A DNA stretch of 64,000 nt from Cetorhinus maximus (taxonomy: Eukaryota), in NCBI RefSeq assembly GCF_964194155.1, contig NC_135907.1, positions 3,038,001 to 3,102,000 of the forward strand, read 5' to 3'. The notes under the pieces are model-generated. The model was not told the DNA's origin and did not search any database. It saw nothing but the letters and a program-made list of their open reading frames with translations. The position numbers were made by a program, and so were the translations under genes. Positions 53,990-64,000 of this stretch are shown one piece after another. Positions within the stretch are counted from its first letter, which is position 1; the number at the start of each line of letters is the position of its first letter.

Positions 53990-55697
53990 CTGTAAGTGAT
54001 GCAGAAATACAGTCACACTCTCTGAAATACCACAGCTTCTTGATGTGCTCATCACAGCATCAGAAAATGGTAGGATTCCAAAGCAGGTGAGAGAGGGAAG
54101 GAGGTTCGACCACTCTTCTCTCCCAGATGCTGACCAAGTGGGTTTCCAGTGTTATTTCACATTCCTGGAATTAACATTGTTGCTTATCATTGAGCACTTT
54201 TTCTGACTAATCCAAACCCTATATAAATCAGCTGCAACAGAGATGAATAGCATTGATGGATTTAACAACATATTTATATAGCATCTTTAATGTAATAAAA
54301 CGTCCCAAGGTGCTTCACAGGAGCATTAAAAGCAAAGTCAGACACCGAGCCACATAAGGAGATATTTGATCAGATGACCAAAAGCTTGGTCAAAGAGATA
54401 GGTTTTAAGGGGTGCCTTTAAGGTGAAAAGTGAGGTAGAGAGGCATAGGGAGGGAATTCCAGAGCTTGGGGCCCAGGCATCTGATGGCATGGCCACCAAC
54501 GGTACAGCAATTAGAATTGAGGATGTACAAGAGACCAGAGTTAGAGCAGCTCAGCTACCTCAGAGGGTTGTGGGTTTGGAGGAAATTACAGAGGTCGGGA
54601 GGGGTAAAAGCTGAAGATAGATATGCACATAAGGAAGAAAGGAACCAAAGGTTATGCTGAAGACGGGTGGGAGGAGGCCTGTGTGGAGCATAAACACAGA
54701 CATGGAACCTGTTGGGCCGAGTGGCCTTTTCTGTGCTGTACATTCAAGAAAAACTTTCATTTATATAGCGCCTTTAAAACAATACCTTATTCCATTTGTT
54801 TTTTGTTAACCGCTTCTATCTCTGTGCTCGAGATTTTCTTTCTTTTTTGTTGGGACGAACCACTTTTAAAAGCATAATTTTGTCTCTCAAGTTTTCCCTC
54901 AGCGTTGGGGACAGACAGACAATCTTGTTCTCTGCTGCAGTGGCATAGCACTGAGGAGGTCAGTGCCAACAGCTCCCTGGTGCCTGGATTTATTCTTACA
55001 GCATTGTGTGATGGAATCATTTAATACAGGGCTATAGAAGCATTGCATTTGTAGATGACATTGGTGAACATAATGGACCCTCAAAGGCTTGCAGTGGCTA
55101 GAGTCTTCAGCTTTGATCTCACAAAGTTTTATCGATTCCCTCCGCTGGGTGGGAAATCAGGGTCTAGTGCACCAGAAGCAGAAACCCAGCAATGCCTTAA
55201 ATCCATGTTGCCATTATTAGCATATATTCAAAGGGAACTGGCAAAAAAACTGGAGACAAGGCGAGGTTTATTTGTTTAAACACAATGAGTTGTTGTGATC
55301 TGGAATGCGCTGCCTGAAAGGGTGTGGAAGCAGATTCAATAGGAACTTTCAAAAGAGAATGCTCGAAGGGGCTTATGGGAAAAGGGCAGGGAAGTGGGAC
55401 TAACTGGACAGCTCCTTCAAAGAACCAACAAAGACATGCTGGGCTGAATGACCTCCTTCTGTGCTGTCTCATCCCATGAGCTTGATGCCAACAGATTGCA
55501 CTGTCCTTAATTTCTGCCAGAAAGGCCACAGCACTAAGACAGGCCTTTCCAAATCTCCAAACCCACAACACTGAATCCAGCAAGGAAGAAATATAAACAC
55601 GAGAACCAAATGCGGACTGGTTTGCTTAGGTTTGGAAGCTGCTTATTGGACAAATACGCATTCATCAAATCACTCACTTTTTCATTTAACTCCGTAC

Positions 55698-55814
55698 CTG
55701 TTTTAAGGAGGTGGGGGTGTGTGAAAGGGCTTGGCTGCCCGAGGTAGCGAGGGGGCAGGTTCTTCTGTCCAGAAGGTATTACGGAAAATTTCTTCCGGAA
55801 GCAGATATCACATC
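55698..55814 (-). CDS. XPNPEP3: XPNPEP3 exon 2 (GCDICFRKKFSVIPSGQKNLPPRYLGQPSPFTHPHLLKTG)
   Basis: ttcttcag| acceptor, |gtacgg donor, 117 nt; RYLGQPSPFTHPHLL motif. Confidence 0.95.
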
Positions 55815-57459
55815 CTGAAGAATGGAAAGTGCAGAGGACCATTAAATCAGCCTCTTCCAGAGGAAACGGAACGCAGAATTAAAATGATGAAGGGTTCAGC
55901 GATTCTACAGTCACACCTTGCCTGAACAAATTCATTGCTAAAGCTGTTTCTAATCCAAAACCTTTTTGGTCCAACAACAAAATTCAGCAATAGCCCAGAA
56001 GTTACTCTCAAAATCCATCCTGGTTATAGGGGTGAGGGGACTGGCAAATGATCTATTATCTAACTCTAATACAAGCAGAGGTGGACCTGTTTGTCCCAGA
56101 AGGGCACAGGAATGTGCCAAAAATACAGCGCCACTGATCTAGTCCAAGTATCTAATTCCAAAGAAGAGTCATAGGGACTCGAAATGTTAACTCTGTTTTT
56201 CTCTCTCCACAGACGCTGCCAGGCCTACTGAGTTTTTCCAGCACTTTGTTTTTATACCACAGATCTCTTCACAGGGCACTTGGAAAATCTCCCGATTTCC
56301 CTGTGGCTGGTCCACCCCTGTAAAGAAGCTCCTGGTTCAGCAAATTAAGTCTGCACTTCCATCACCTCCAAGTTCCCCTCCAAATCACACATATAGAATG
56401 ACACCATCCTGGCTTGGATACACAGCACCATTATCATTGGGACAAAATCCTGAAAATCTCTCCCTAAAAGTATTGTGGGACCGCAGTTCGTCTTCTCCAC
56501 CAGAGTCAGCGGTGCCATTTTTTTGAACAAGAGCTCCCAACAGCTCCACCACCCCGATGCCCTTTAGGGAGGGAAATCTGCCATCCTTACCTGGTCTGGC
56601 CAACACATGACTCCAGACCCACAACAATGCGGTTGACTCTTAACTACCCTCTGAAATGGTCAAGCCAGCCTCTCAGTTCAACGGGAATTAGGGATGGGAA
56701 ACAAATGTTGGCCTCGTCAGCGATGCCCATATCCCATGAAAGAGTAAAAAACACACAATTGATCGGTGATACATTTTTTCATAGGAATGCAAAGGATCCT
56801 GCAGTTGGAAATGAATAATAAAGAAAGGCTCTAGTGATACTTTAATAGGGAAATCAAGTTGGTGAGGCCAGAAAGAAAATCTGCAGGCCATATGCACACA
56901 CCTTCCAGTGGAAACCATGGGGCAAATTGTCTCGTTCCGACAAAGGGTCGTGAACCTGAAACATTAACTGTTTCTCTCTCTCTCTCTCCACAGAGGCTGG
57001 TTATTTCCAGCATTTTCTGTTCTTGTACAAAATTCTCTTCTTCAGTTGCATGGCAAAGGGGTTTCAAGAGAGAGAGAGAGAATAAGGTCAAAAAAATGGT
57101 CATTTGGATGCTTAAAAAAATCTCCTGTGCACCTTTCCGAAGGAGAGTTGTACTGGGCTCGGAACATTAACTCTCTTTCTCTCCCCACAGATGCTGCCAG
57201 GCCTGAGACTTTTCAGCACTTTGTTTTTGATTCCTGCACACCTTGTCCTTCCCTCCTCACACATTTACAGGGTTGGGTGCAAACTTTCATATTCATTCCC
57301 CCCTCCCCCCCCCCAAGTAAGTCTACCTTTAGTTCAAAAGTCCTTAATTCAGTAGCTGGACACTTGAGCCACCGACATGACATTGCAAGTGTCTTTGTGA
57401 GAGTGACCAGCTCATAAATAAATAAATATGCTCCCTCCCCACAATCTGGATTCTCTAAC

Positions 57460-57517
57460 CTTGAATCCTGAGTTTCTTTAAAGCTGAGCTGGTGATTCTT
57501 AATGTTTTAGCAAACAT
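57460..57517 (-). CDS. XPNPEP3: XPNPEP3 probable coding exon 1 (MFAKTLRITSSALKKLRIQG), mitochondrial-presequence-like
   Basis: ATG-initiated segment near the promoter ending in the phase-1 donor (CAAG|gttaga) that exon 2 requires; basic, Ser/Thr-rich, no acidic residues; inferred from phase and composition, not homology. Confidence 0.7.
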
Positions 57518-57599
57518 AATTAACTGTCAGTCAGCATTATTATTATTATTATTATTATTTACAAACGTTATGGACACAGCCCACGTTTAGCTCTGATTC

Positions 57600-58076
57600 C
57601 CACATTAGTGGCCAAATAGTGACTTCCCTCAAGGGCCGTTCTCAGCCTCGTCGCATCATGATGACGTCACGGAGCGCTTCCCGCCCGCCCATTGGTCAGG
57701 AATTATGCCATCCTCGAACACTATTGGTTGCTCGGAAGGCCCCCCCCCGGGGGGGTCAGCTGCCGTTGCCGAGCCTGTGGGTCGTCCCGGGCGATGCCTG
57801 TCATTAAAAACTCCCCCGGGCAGCTCTGTTTGCGGAAAAGCCTCAAATCGCCCGTTTGTTGGCACCAAATAAAAAAAAAAACAAAGGCGCGATACCCAGA
57901 GGCGTCTTCGAGAGTTTCAGACGGGATCGCCTCCATATTCAAAACCAGGCAACGGACGGGGCGACAATTTCCAGAAAGTTCCAGAAGGCACCGCCAGCGG
58001 GGTGAACGGTGCGCATGCGTGTGGAGTGGGGGGAGGAGAGGAGAGGAGAGTGGTAGCGCGCAGTAACTCAGTCAGC
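57600..58076. promoter_or_regulatory. Bidirectional CpG-rich promoter shared by XPNPEP3 and ST13
   Basis: Start codons ~560 bp apart and divergent; CRE TGACGTCA 57662-57669; GC boxes ~57680-57690; CCAAT (minus strand) 57691-57695 and 57723-57727; NRF1-like TGCGCATGCG 58010-58019. Confidence 0.85.
57968..57987. promoter_or_regulatory. Heat-shock element with four alternating nGAAn units
   Basis: tTTCcaGAAagTTCcaGAAg is a perfect HSF consensus, ~90 bp upstream of the ATG of the Hsp70 co-chaperone ST13. Confidence 0.85.
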
Positions 58077-58186
58077 ATGGACCCACAGAAACTTCGGGAC
58101 CTCAGCGCCTTTGTGCAGCTTTGCAAAGGGAACCCGGCCATACTGCACATGCCCGAGCTGCGCTTCTTCAGAGAATGGCTGGAAAG
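58077..58186 (+). CDS. ST13: ST13 (Hsc70-interacting protein, Hip) coding exon 1 (MDPQKLRDLSAFVQLCKGNPAILHMPELRFFREWLE); gene continues beyond the window
   Basis: Hip N-terminal dimerisation-domain sequence; 110 nt ending AG|gtaaag; head-to-head with XPNPEP3 as in human. Confidence 0.95.
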
Positions 58187-58232
58187 GTAAAGGTTTGGGG
58201 GAGGGGAGAACATTGGGAAGGGAATTAATAGA

Positions 58233-59175
58233 GGGGGGGGGGGGGAGGGGTCAGATGTGAGGCGGGGGGGGAGGGGGTCAGATGTGAGGCGGGGGGGAGA
58301 GGGGGTCAGATGTGAGGCGGGGGGGAGAGGGGGTCAGATGTGAGGCGGGGGGGGAGAGGGGGTCAGATGTGAGGCGGGGGGGAGAGGGGGTCAGATGTGA
58401 GGCGGGGGGGGAGAGGGGGTCAGATGTGAGGCGGGGGGGAGAGGGGGTCAGATGTGAGGCGGGGGGGAGAGGGGGTCAGATGTGAGGCGGGGGGGGAGAG
58501 GGGGTCAGATGTGAGGCGGGGGGGAGAGGGGGTCAGATGTGAGGCGGGGGGGGAGAGGGGGTCAGATGTGAGGCGGGGGTCAGATGTGAGGCGGGGGGGG
58601 AGAGGGGGTCAGATGTGAGGCTGGGGGGAGGGGGTCAGATGTGAGGCTGGGGGGGAGGGGGTCAGATGTGAGGCTGGGGGGGAGGGGGTCAGATGTGAGG
58701 CGGGGGGGGAGGGGGTCAGATGTGAGGCGGGGGGGGGAGGGGGTCAGATGTGAGGCGGGGGGGAGAGGGTCAGATGTGAGGCGGGGGGGAGGGGGGTCAG
58801 ATGTGAGGCGGGGGGGAGGGGGTCAGATGTGAGGCAGGGTTGGGGAGGGGGTCACATGTGAGGCAGGGGGGAGGGGTCAGGGGTGAGGGTAGTAAGGGGT
58901 GGGGGGGTCAGGGAGATGGGGAGGGGTGGGGGAGTCAGGGAGATGGGGGAGGGGTTGGGGGGTCAGGGAGATGGGGGAGGGGTTGGGGGGTCAGGGAGAT
59001 GGGGGAGGGGTGGGGGTGTCAGGGAGATGGGGAGGGGTGGGGGTGTCAGGGAGATGGGGAGGGGTGGGGGTGTCAGGGAGATGGGGAGGGGTGGGGGTGT
59101 CAGGGAGATGGGGAGGGGTGGGGGTGTCAGGGAGATGGGGGAGGGGTAGGGGTGTCAGGGAGATGGGGAGGGGTG
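58233..59175. repeat. Two adjacent G-rich minisatellites in ST13 intron 1 (~28-bp gggggtcagatgtgaggcgggggggaga; ~27-bp gggagatggggaggggtgggggtgtca)
   Basis: Directly visible tandem arrays starting ~45 bp after the exon 1 donor. Confidence 0.95.
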
Positions 59176-59806
59176 GTAAGGGGTGGGGGCTTGGGGAGGG
59201 GAGATGGTACGGGGTGGGAAAGAGGGGGGATGGGAGCTAGGGGGTTGTGAGGAGGGGGTTCAAGGGGAGGGGAGTGGGGTAGGGGGGTCGCGGGGTGGTG
59301 GTTCAAGGGGTGGGTTGCGTTGAGGGGAGGGGATCGGGGGTTAGAGAGTAAGGAAGAGTGGAGGGGCGTCGGGGAGGGTTTGGAGGGGAAGGTGGTGTGG
59401 GAAGTGGTGGGGTGGGGTGTGGTGTTTAATCTCATCAAATGTTTTCTGAAAGTGAAGGTACACTTTTTTTAGTTCATGGGATGTGGGCATCACTGGAAAG
59501 GTTGGCATTTGTTGCCCATCCCCAAGTGCCCTTGAGAAGGAGGTGGTGAGCTGCCACCTTGAACCACTGCAGTCCATTTGGTGTAGGTACACCCACTGTT
59601 GCTAGGAAGTCCCAGGATTTTGACCCAATGACAGTGAAGGAATGATAATATAGTTCCAAGCCAGGATGGTGTGTGGCTTGGAGGGGCACTTCCAGTTGGT
59701 GGTGTTCCCATGTGTCTGCTGCCCTTGTCCTTCTGGATGGTAGAGGTCGTGGGTTTGGAAGATGCTGTCAAAGGAGTTGCTGCAGTGCATCTGGTAGATG
59801 GTGCAC

Positions 59807-60160
59807 TAAGATAAAAGCAAAATACTACAGATGCTGGAAATCTGAAACAAAAACAAAAATTGCTGGAAAAACTCAGCAGGTCTGACAGCATCTGCGGAGA
59901 GGAAGAGAGAGTTAATGTTTCGAGTCCGTATGACTCTTCATCAGAACAAAAGAGAAATAGAAATGTGGTGATATATAAGCTGTATAAGGGGGGTGGGATA
60001 GGTGGAGCTGGATCGAGGGCCAGTAATAGGTGGAGGCAAAGGAGAGATTGCCAAAGATGTCATAAACAAAGGGTCAAAGGGGTGTTGACGGTGGTGATAT
60101 TAGCTAATGGGTGTGCTAATGGTGACATTAAGGGTAGAAAGCAGGATGAGCAAGTGACAT
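59807..60160 (-). mobile_element. Penelope-like terminal fragment nested in another retroelement
   Basis: Same unit family as 31150-31556 and 46950-47193; host element text (~59470-60265) resumes after it. Confidence 0.7.
59911..59947 (-). ncRNA. Minimal type I hammerhead ribozyme motif (best-preserved core in the window)
   Basis: Minus strand GUU-CUGAUGA-A-GAGUC-AUACG-GACUC-GAAAC-AUU-AAC: canonical CUGAUGA and GAAA boxes, 5-bp stem II, 3-bp stem I; the G before the UH site is replaced by A, so activity is uncertain. Confidence 0.65.
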
Positions 60161-60714
60161 ACTGCTGCCACTGTGCAATGGTGGTGGAGGAAGTGAATGT
60201 TGGAGGTGGTGGATGGGGTACCGATCAAGTGAGCTGCATTGTCCCTGATGGTGTCGAGCTTCAATAACATTATGGTTATTGAAGTTTTTTAATGGATTTG
60301 GAACATTTAAAAAAAAAAGTAATCAGAAGTTGAATTATAGATAATGAGACACTTCGAGGATTTTTGAGTCAGTAATGTAATGATGAAAGTCAGTTGTATA
60401 TTCTAATTCTGCATCTGAGATCGCCCACATTAAGCAGATTGTCAGTATTGGGTGTTGAGTGGAGAGTAAACATTCATTTTGAAATTTGGGAGTGTCCTGT
60501 TGGGCAGGGGCCTCTATCAGAGTCCCCTCTATTGGGGGACTTGAAGATTTTTCCCTGGGAATGGTGTGAAGTATAAAGGGGTTGGGGGAAGAATGCTTTG
60601 AAGCATGGCATTAGCATTTTGCGGAGAGATCAAGGGTTTTTAAAACAACTTAAATGGATTGCAAAATGAATTCAGCAACTTGAAGTTCATACAGTTCATT
60701 GAAATCGGGAGAAG

Positions 60715-62085
60715 GGTTGTAGAGATAAGCCAGGGAACTACAGGCCAGTGAGTCTCACGTCAGTGGTAGGGAAACTATTGGAGAAAATTCTGAAAGAGAG
60801 AATCTATCTCCACTTGGAGAGGCAAGGTTTGATCTGGGATAGTCAGCATGGCTTTGTCAGAGGGAGGTTATGCCTAACAAATTTGATTGAATTTTTTGAG
60901 GTGACCAGGTGTGTAGATGAGGGTAGTGCATTTGATGCAGTTTATATGGATTTCAGCCAAGCCTTTGACAAGGTCCCATACGGGAGACTTATAAAGAAGG
61001 CAAAGGCACATGGGATACAGGGTAATTTGAAAAGGTGGATTCGAAATTAGCTTAGTTGTAGGATGATGACAGAAGGATGCTTTAGTGACTGGAAGCCAGT
61101 GTCCAGTGGCGTACCACATGGATCTGTGCTGGGTCCCCTATTATTCGTCATTGATATAAATGACATAGATGACTATGTGGGGGGTAGGATTAGTAAGTTT
61201 GCAGATGACACAAAGATTGGCCGGGTGGTTAACAGTGAGGTTGAGTGTCTTCGGCTGCAGGAAGATATAGACGGGATGGTCAAATGGGCAGATAAATGGC
61301 AGATGGAATTTAACCCTGAAAAGTGTGAGGTGATACACTTTGGAAGGAGTAATTTGACAAGGAAGTATTCAATGAATGGCATGAAACTAGGAGGTTCTGA
61401 GGAACAAAGGGACCTTGGCATGTGTGTCCATAGATCTCTGAAGGCAGAGGGGCATGTTAGTGTGGTGGTGAAAAAGGCATATGGGACACTTGCCTTTATC
61501 AATCGAGGCATAGATTACAAAAGTTGGGAGGTCATGTTGGAGTTGTATAGAACCTTGGTGAGGCCACAGCTGTAGTACTGTGTGCATTTCTGGTCGCCAC
61601 ATTATAGGAAGGATGTCATTGCACTGGAGTGGGGTGCAGAGGAGATTCACCAGGATGTTGCCTGGGATGAAACATTTAAGTTATGAAGAGAGGTTGGATA
61701 GACTTGGGTTGTTTTCGATGGAGCAAAGAAGACTGAGGGGCGACCTGATCGAGGTGTACAAGATTATGAGGGGCATGGACAGGGTCAGTCACGAGGGGGC
61801 ATAAGTTCAAGGTGAGGGGCAGGAGGTTTAGGGGGGATGCAAGGAAAAACCTTTTTACCCAGAGGGTGGTGACGGTCTGGAATGCGCAGCCTGGGAGGGT
61901 GGTAGAGGCGGCTTGCCTCACATCCTTTTAAAAAGTACCTGGATGAGCACTTGGTATGTCATAACATTCAAGGCTATGGGCCAAGTGCTGGTAAATGGGA
62001 TTAGGTAGGTGCGTCAGGTATTTCTCACGTGTCGGTGCAGACTCAATGGGCCGAAGGGCCTCTTCTGCACTGTGATTCTGTGAGT
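60715..62085 (+). mobile_element. CR1 LINE 3' fragment in ST13 intron 1
   Basis: ORFs 60748..61050, 61063..61575 and 61580..61804: SLTSVVGKLLE, YMDFSQAFDKVP, GVPHGSVLGP, KFADDTK. Confidence 0.93.
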
Positions 62086-64000
62086 GACATTTCTAATCAT
62101 TCACATTTCGTTAGCTGAGGACTGATCACGTGGAACCATTTGAAACATGAATATTATGATGTGAGATTGAGTGAAAGGCATTTGCTTTGTCAGCTGGTCC
62201 TGTTGGCATGGTGCACAAATGATGAGTTGTGTGCCTGTTGTCCTAAAATGTGTTGGCCCGGATTGGTGTACTTGCTGTTCCGAGCAGAATACACTGGATC
62301 CTTGTCTGCTGATCTGACAGTGGAGTGCGTGTTTGATTTTCTTCCCGTTTTCTCAACATCTGAAGAGATCGAGCCCCAACTGAAGTGAATTCCATGGGCA
62401 GTGGTCATCTTCTTAGATTTTCCAAATGGGTATTTTACTGGCTGTTGATAAAATGCTTTCTACTGTGGGGGACACAATAGCCAAGGTTGGTCTGGTAGTT
62501 TCTCTCCAGACATCCGAGTATGTGGATTCTACTGGGGAATCACTGGCTAGCAATCAGCAGTGGAAATCCTGCCAGATGCTTCTCTTTCTAACCCATGGTG
62601 CAATGGTCAGTTCACATTCGGCTAACTCTTTACAGACCAGAGATTATTTGTGATCTTATCAATCTGTGTAGCTCCAAGACCGTATCATCTCAAATCCATT
62701 GGTGCAGTGCCTTGCTGCTTCTGTAATGCTCTCAAGAGAGCTGGCTGCTGCTAAAATGCTTTCCTACTAATAAACAGCACGCAGGAGGGTCTATTTAGTA
62801 ATGGAATATTTAGTAGCTTTTGATGTGTAATTTGGCTGTTCTGAATTTTAACAAGAGGGGGCTATTCAAACTGGGAAACTGAGAATGAAATTTATTGCAG
62901 TGGTCTGAAATTGGAGCACTCCGTTCTTGACCCACTGTTCATCAGTGCAGTATACCTTCATTGGAATGTGTCTCCTAATATGTTGGTTAGGTGCCCAAAA
63001 ATATCACAATGGCATTCAGCTGCTGCCTGTCTTTCTGACATCCACGGCAGTTGGCTTGCAACCTTGTGCTGAATGAATAGCGATGTTAAAAGCACTCCTA
63101 TTTTCTCAAAACTGTCGTGATGTAAGATTAAACGTAAGGGATTTATTGAACAGGAGAAACTTTTTTTTAAAGAGTTGGACTCTTTTTAAAAAGTGATGGA
63201 AGCAGAAACCATCTTCACATATATAAATGAGTTAGAGAGGAGTATAAAGGAAAGTGGAACGTGGCAGGGCACACTGTATTAGAGCAACTATTCATGTGGA
63301 GAAAAAGCAGACTAGTCGGCCCACTTCTCTGTTGTAATTTTACCACAGCGAGTCAAGGCAATGCAGTGTACATGCAATCAGGTTTTCCAGCAGGAATCAC
63401 CTGAGTAGGGACACTTGCAAATATTTTGGTTCTCTGCCCAGATGTCCTAAGGCCAAGGATAGTATCCCTGTAGTTGCCTCTGCTGAGACCAGTTGACTGT
63501 CAAGAGCGGGAATTGAACCTGGCTTCTTGCTGGTCTGTGGTTCAGTTGCATAGGACAGTGCTGCTGTATCAGCTCCAAGCAGAAAGAAAAGATTTCCTTC
63601 AGAGAGTAACTTGCCCAGTGAGTTGTAATCTCCTGTCATTGAGCAGCCTGAAATCAGCTTTCTCCTCCCTGGGGAGCGGAAACGAATTAAACATGTCACA
63701 CAGAATTGGTTTTGCAAAATTTGGAGACACTGCACCCAAAGCTACAACTTGGGTTTTGTTAATTAGAAATAGTTATGAATTTATTTAGTCAATCAGTTAC
63801 CCCTCCACATTTTACCAGTTATTTCTTTCTTCCCATTCCTCTTGGAAGGACATGCTTCTTGAGCTGTTTTGCTTGGCCTGTAGCTAAGCTCTCTACTTTG
63901 CCCTCTCTAACCAGCTGTGTTCTGCTTCAGTTGTGTTTCCCACAACCTCCCTACCATAACCAGATGAGGGATCAAAATGTAAAGTTAGTCGGAGCTCTTG

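Larger units (their letters stand above)
24658..57517 (-). other. XPNPEP3: XPNPEP3 gene span (Xaa-Pro aminopeptidase 3, Icp55 orthologue, M24B family); 10 coding exons totalling 1518 nt, 505 aa
   Basis: Exons of 58,117,408,203,63,114,86,184,121,164 nt splice in frame with GT-AG ends; metal-ligand motifs [28 protein letters not shown] and RIEDD are all present. Confidence 0.96.

Noticed and set aside
57327-57415. Alternative XPNPEP3 exon 1 (MSCRWLKCPATELRTFELK|gtagac)
   Set aside because: Ends in phase 0 whereas exon 2 needs phase 1; the phase-1 frame has a stop
58641-59250. Gly/Arg-rich ORFs resembling RGG proteins
   Set aside because: Translations of G-rich minisatellites with no splice or start context
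58187-64000. ST13 exon 2
   Set aside because: No segment matching the expected short MGxxIPP-type exon with flanking splice sites was found; presumed beyond the window

Overview
Eukaryotic, intron-rich vertebrate DNA; the repeat content (CR1 LINEs, Deu-domain SINEs, Penelope-type short elements) points to a cartilaginous fish such as a shark (inference). It holds three spliced genes in the same arrangement as human 22q13.2: complete RBX1 (minus strand, 5 coding exons, 107 aa), complete XPNPEP3 (minus strand, 10 coding exons, 505 aa, exon 1 inferred) and the first coding exon of ST13/Hip (plus strand), head-to-head with XPNPEP3 across a CpG-rich promoter carrying a perfect heat-shock element. 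The rest is decayed LINEs, SINEs, hAT-type non-autonomous elements, possible solo LTRs and several large minisatellites. The most notable signal is a family of short Penelope-like units with minimal type I hammerhead-ribozyme motifs, two of them inserted as fold-back palindromes with target-site duplications. Also notable are a ~3.3-kb CpG/CRE-like hairpin minisatellite and a 172-bp templated insertion inside a CR1. Repeat boundaries are approximate and were read by eye.
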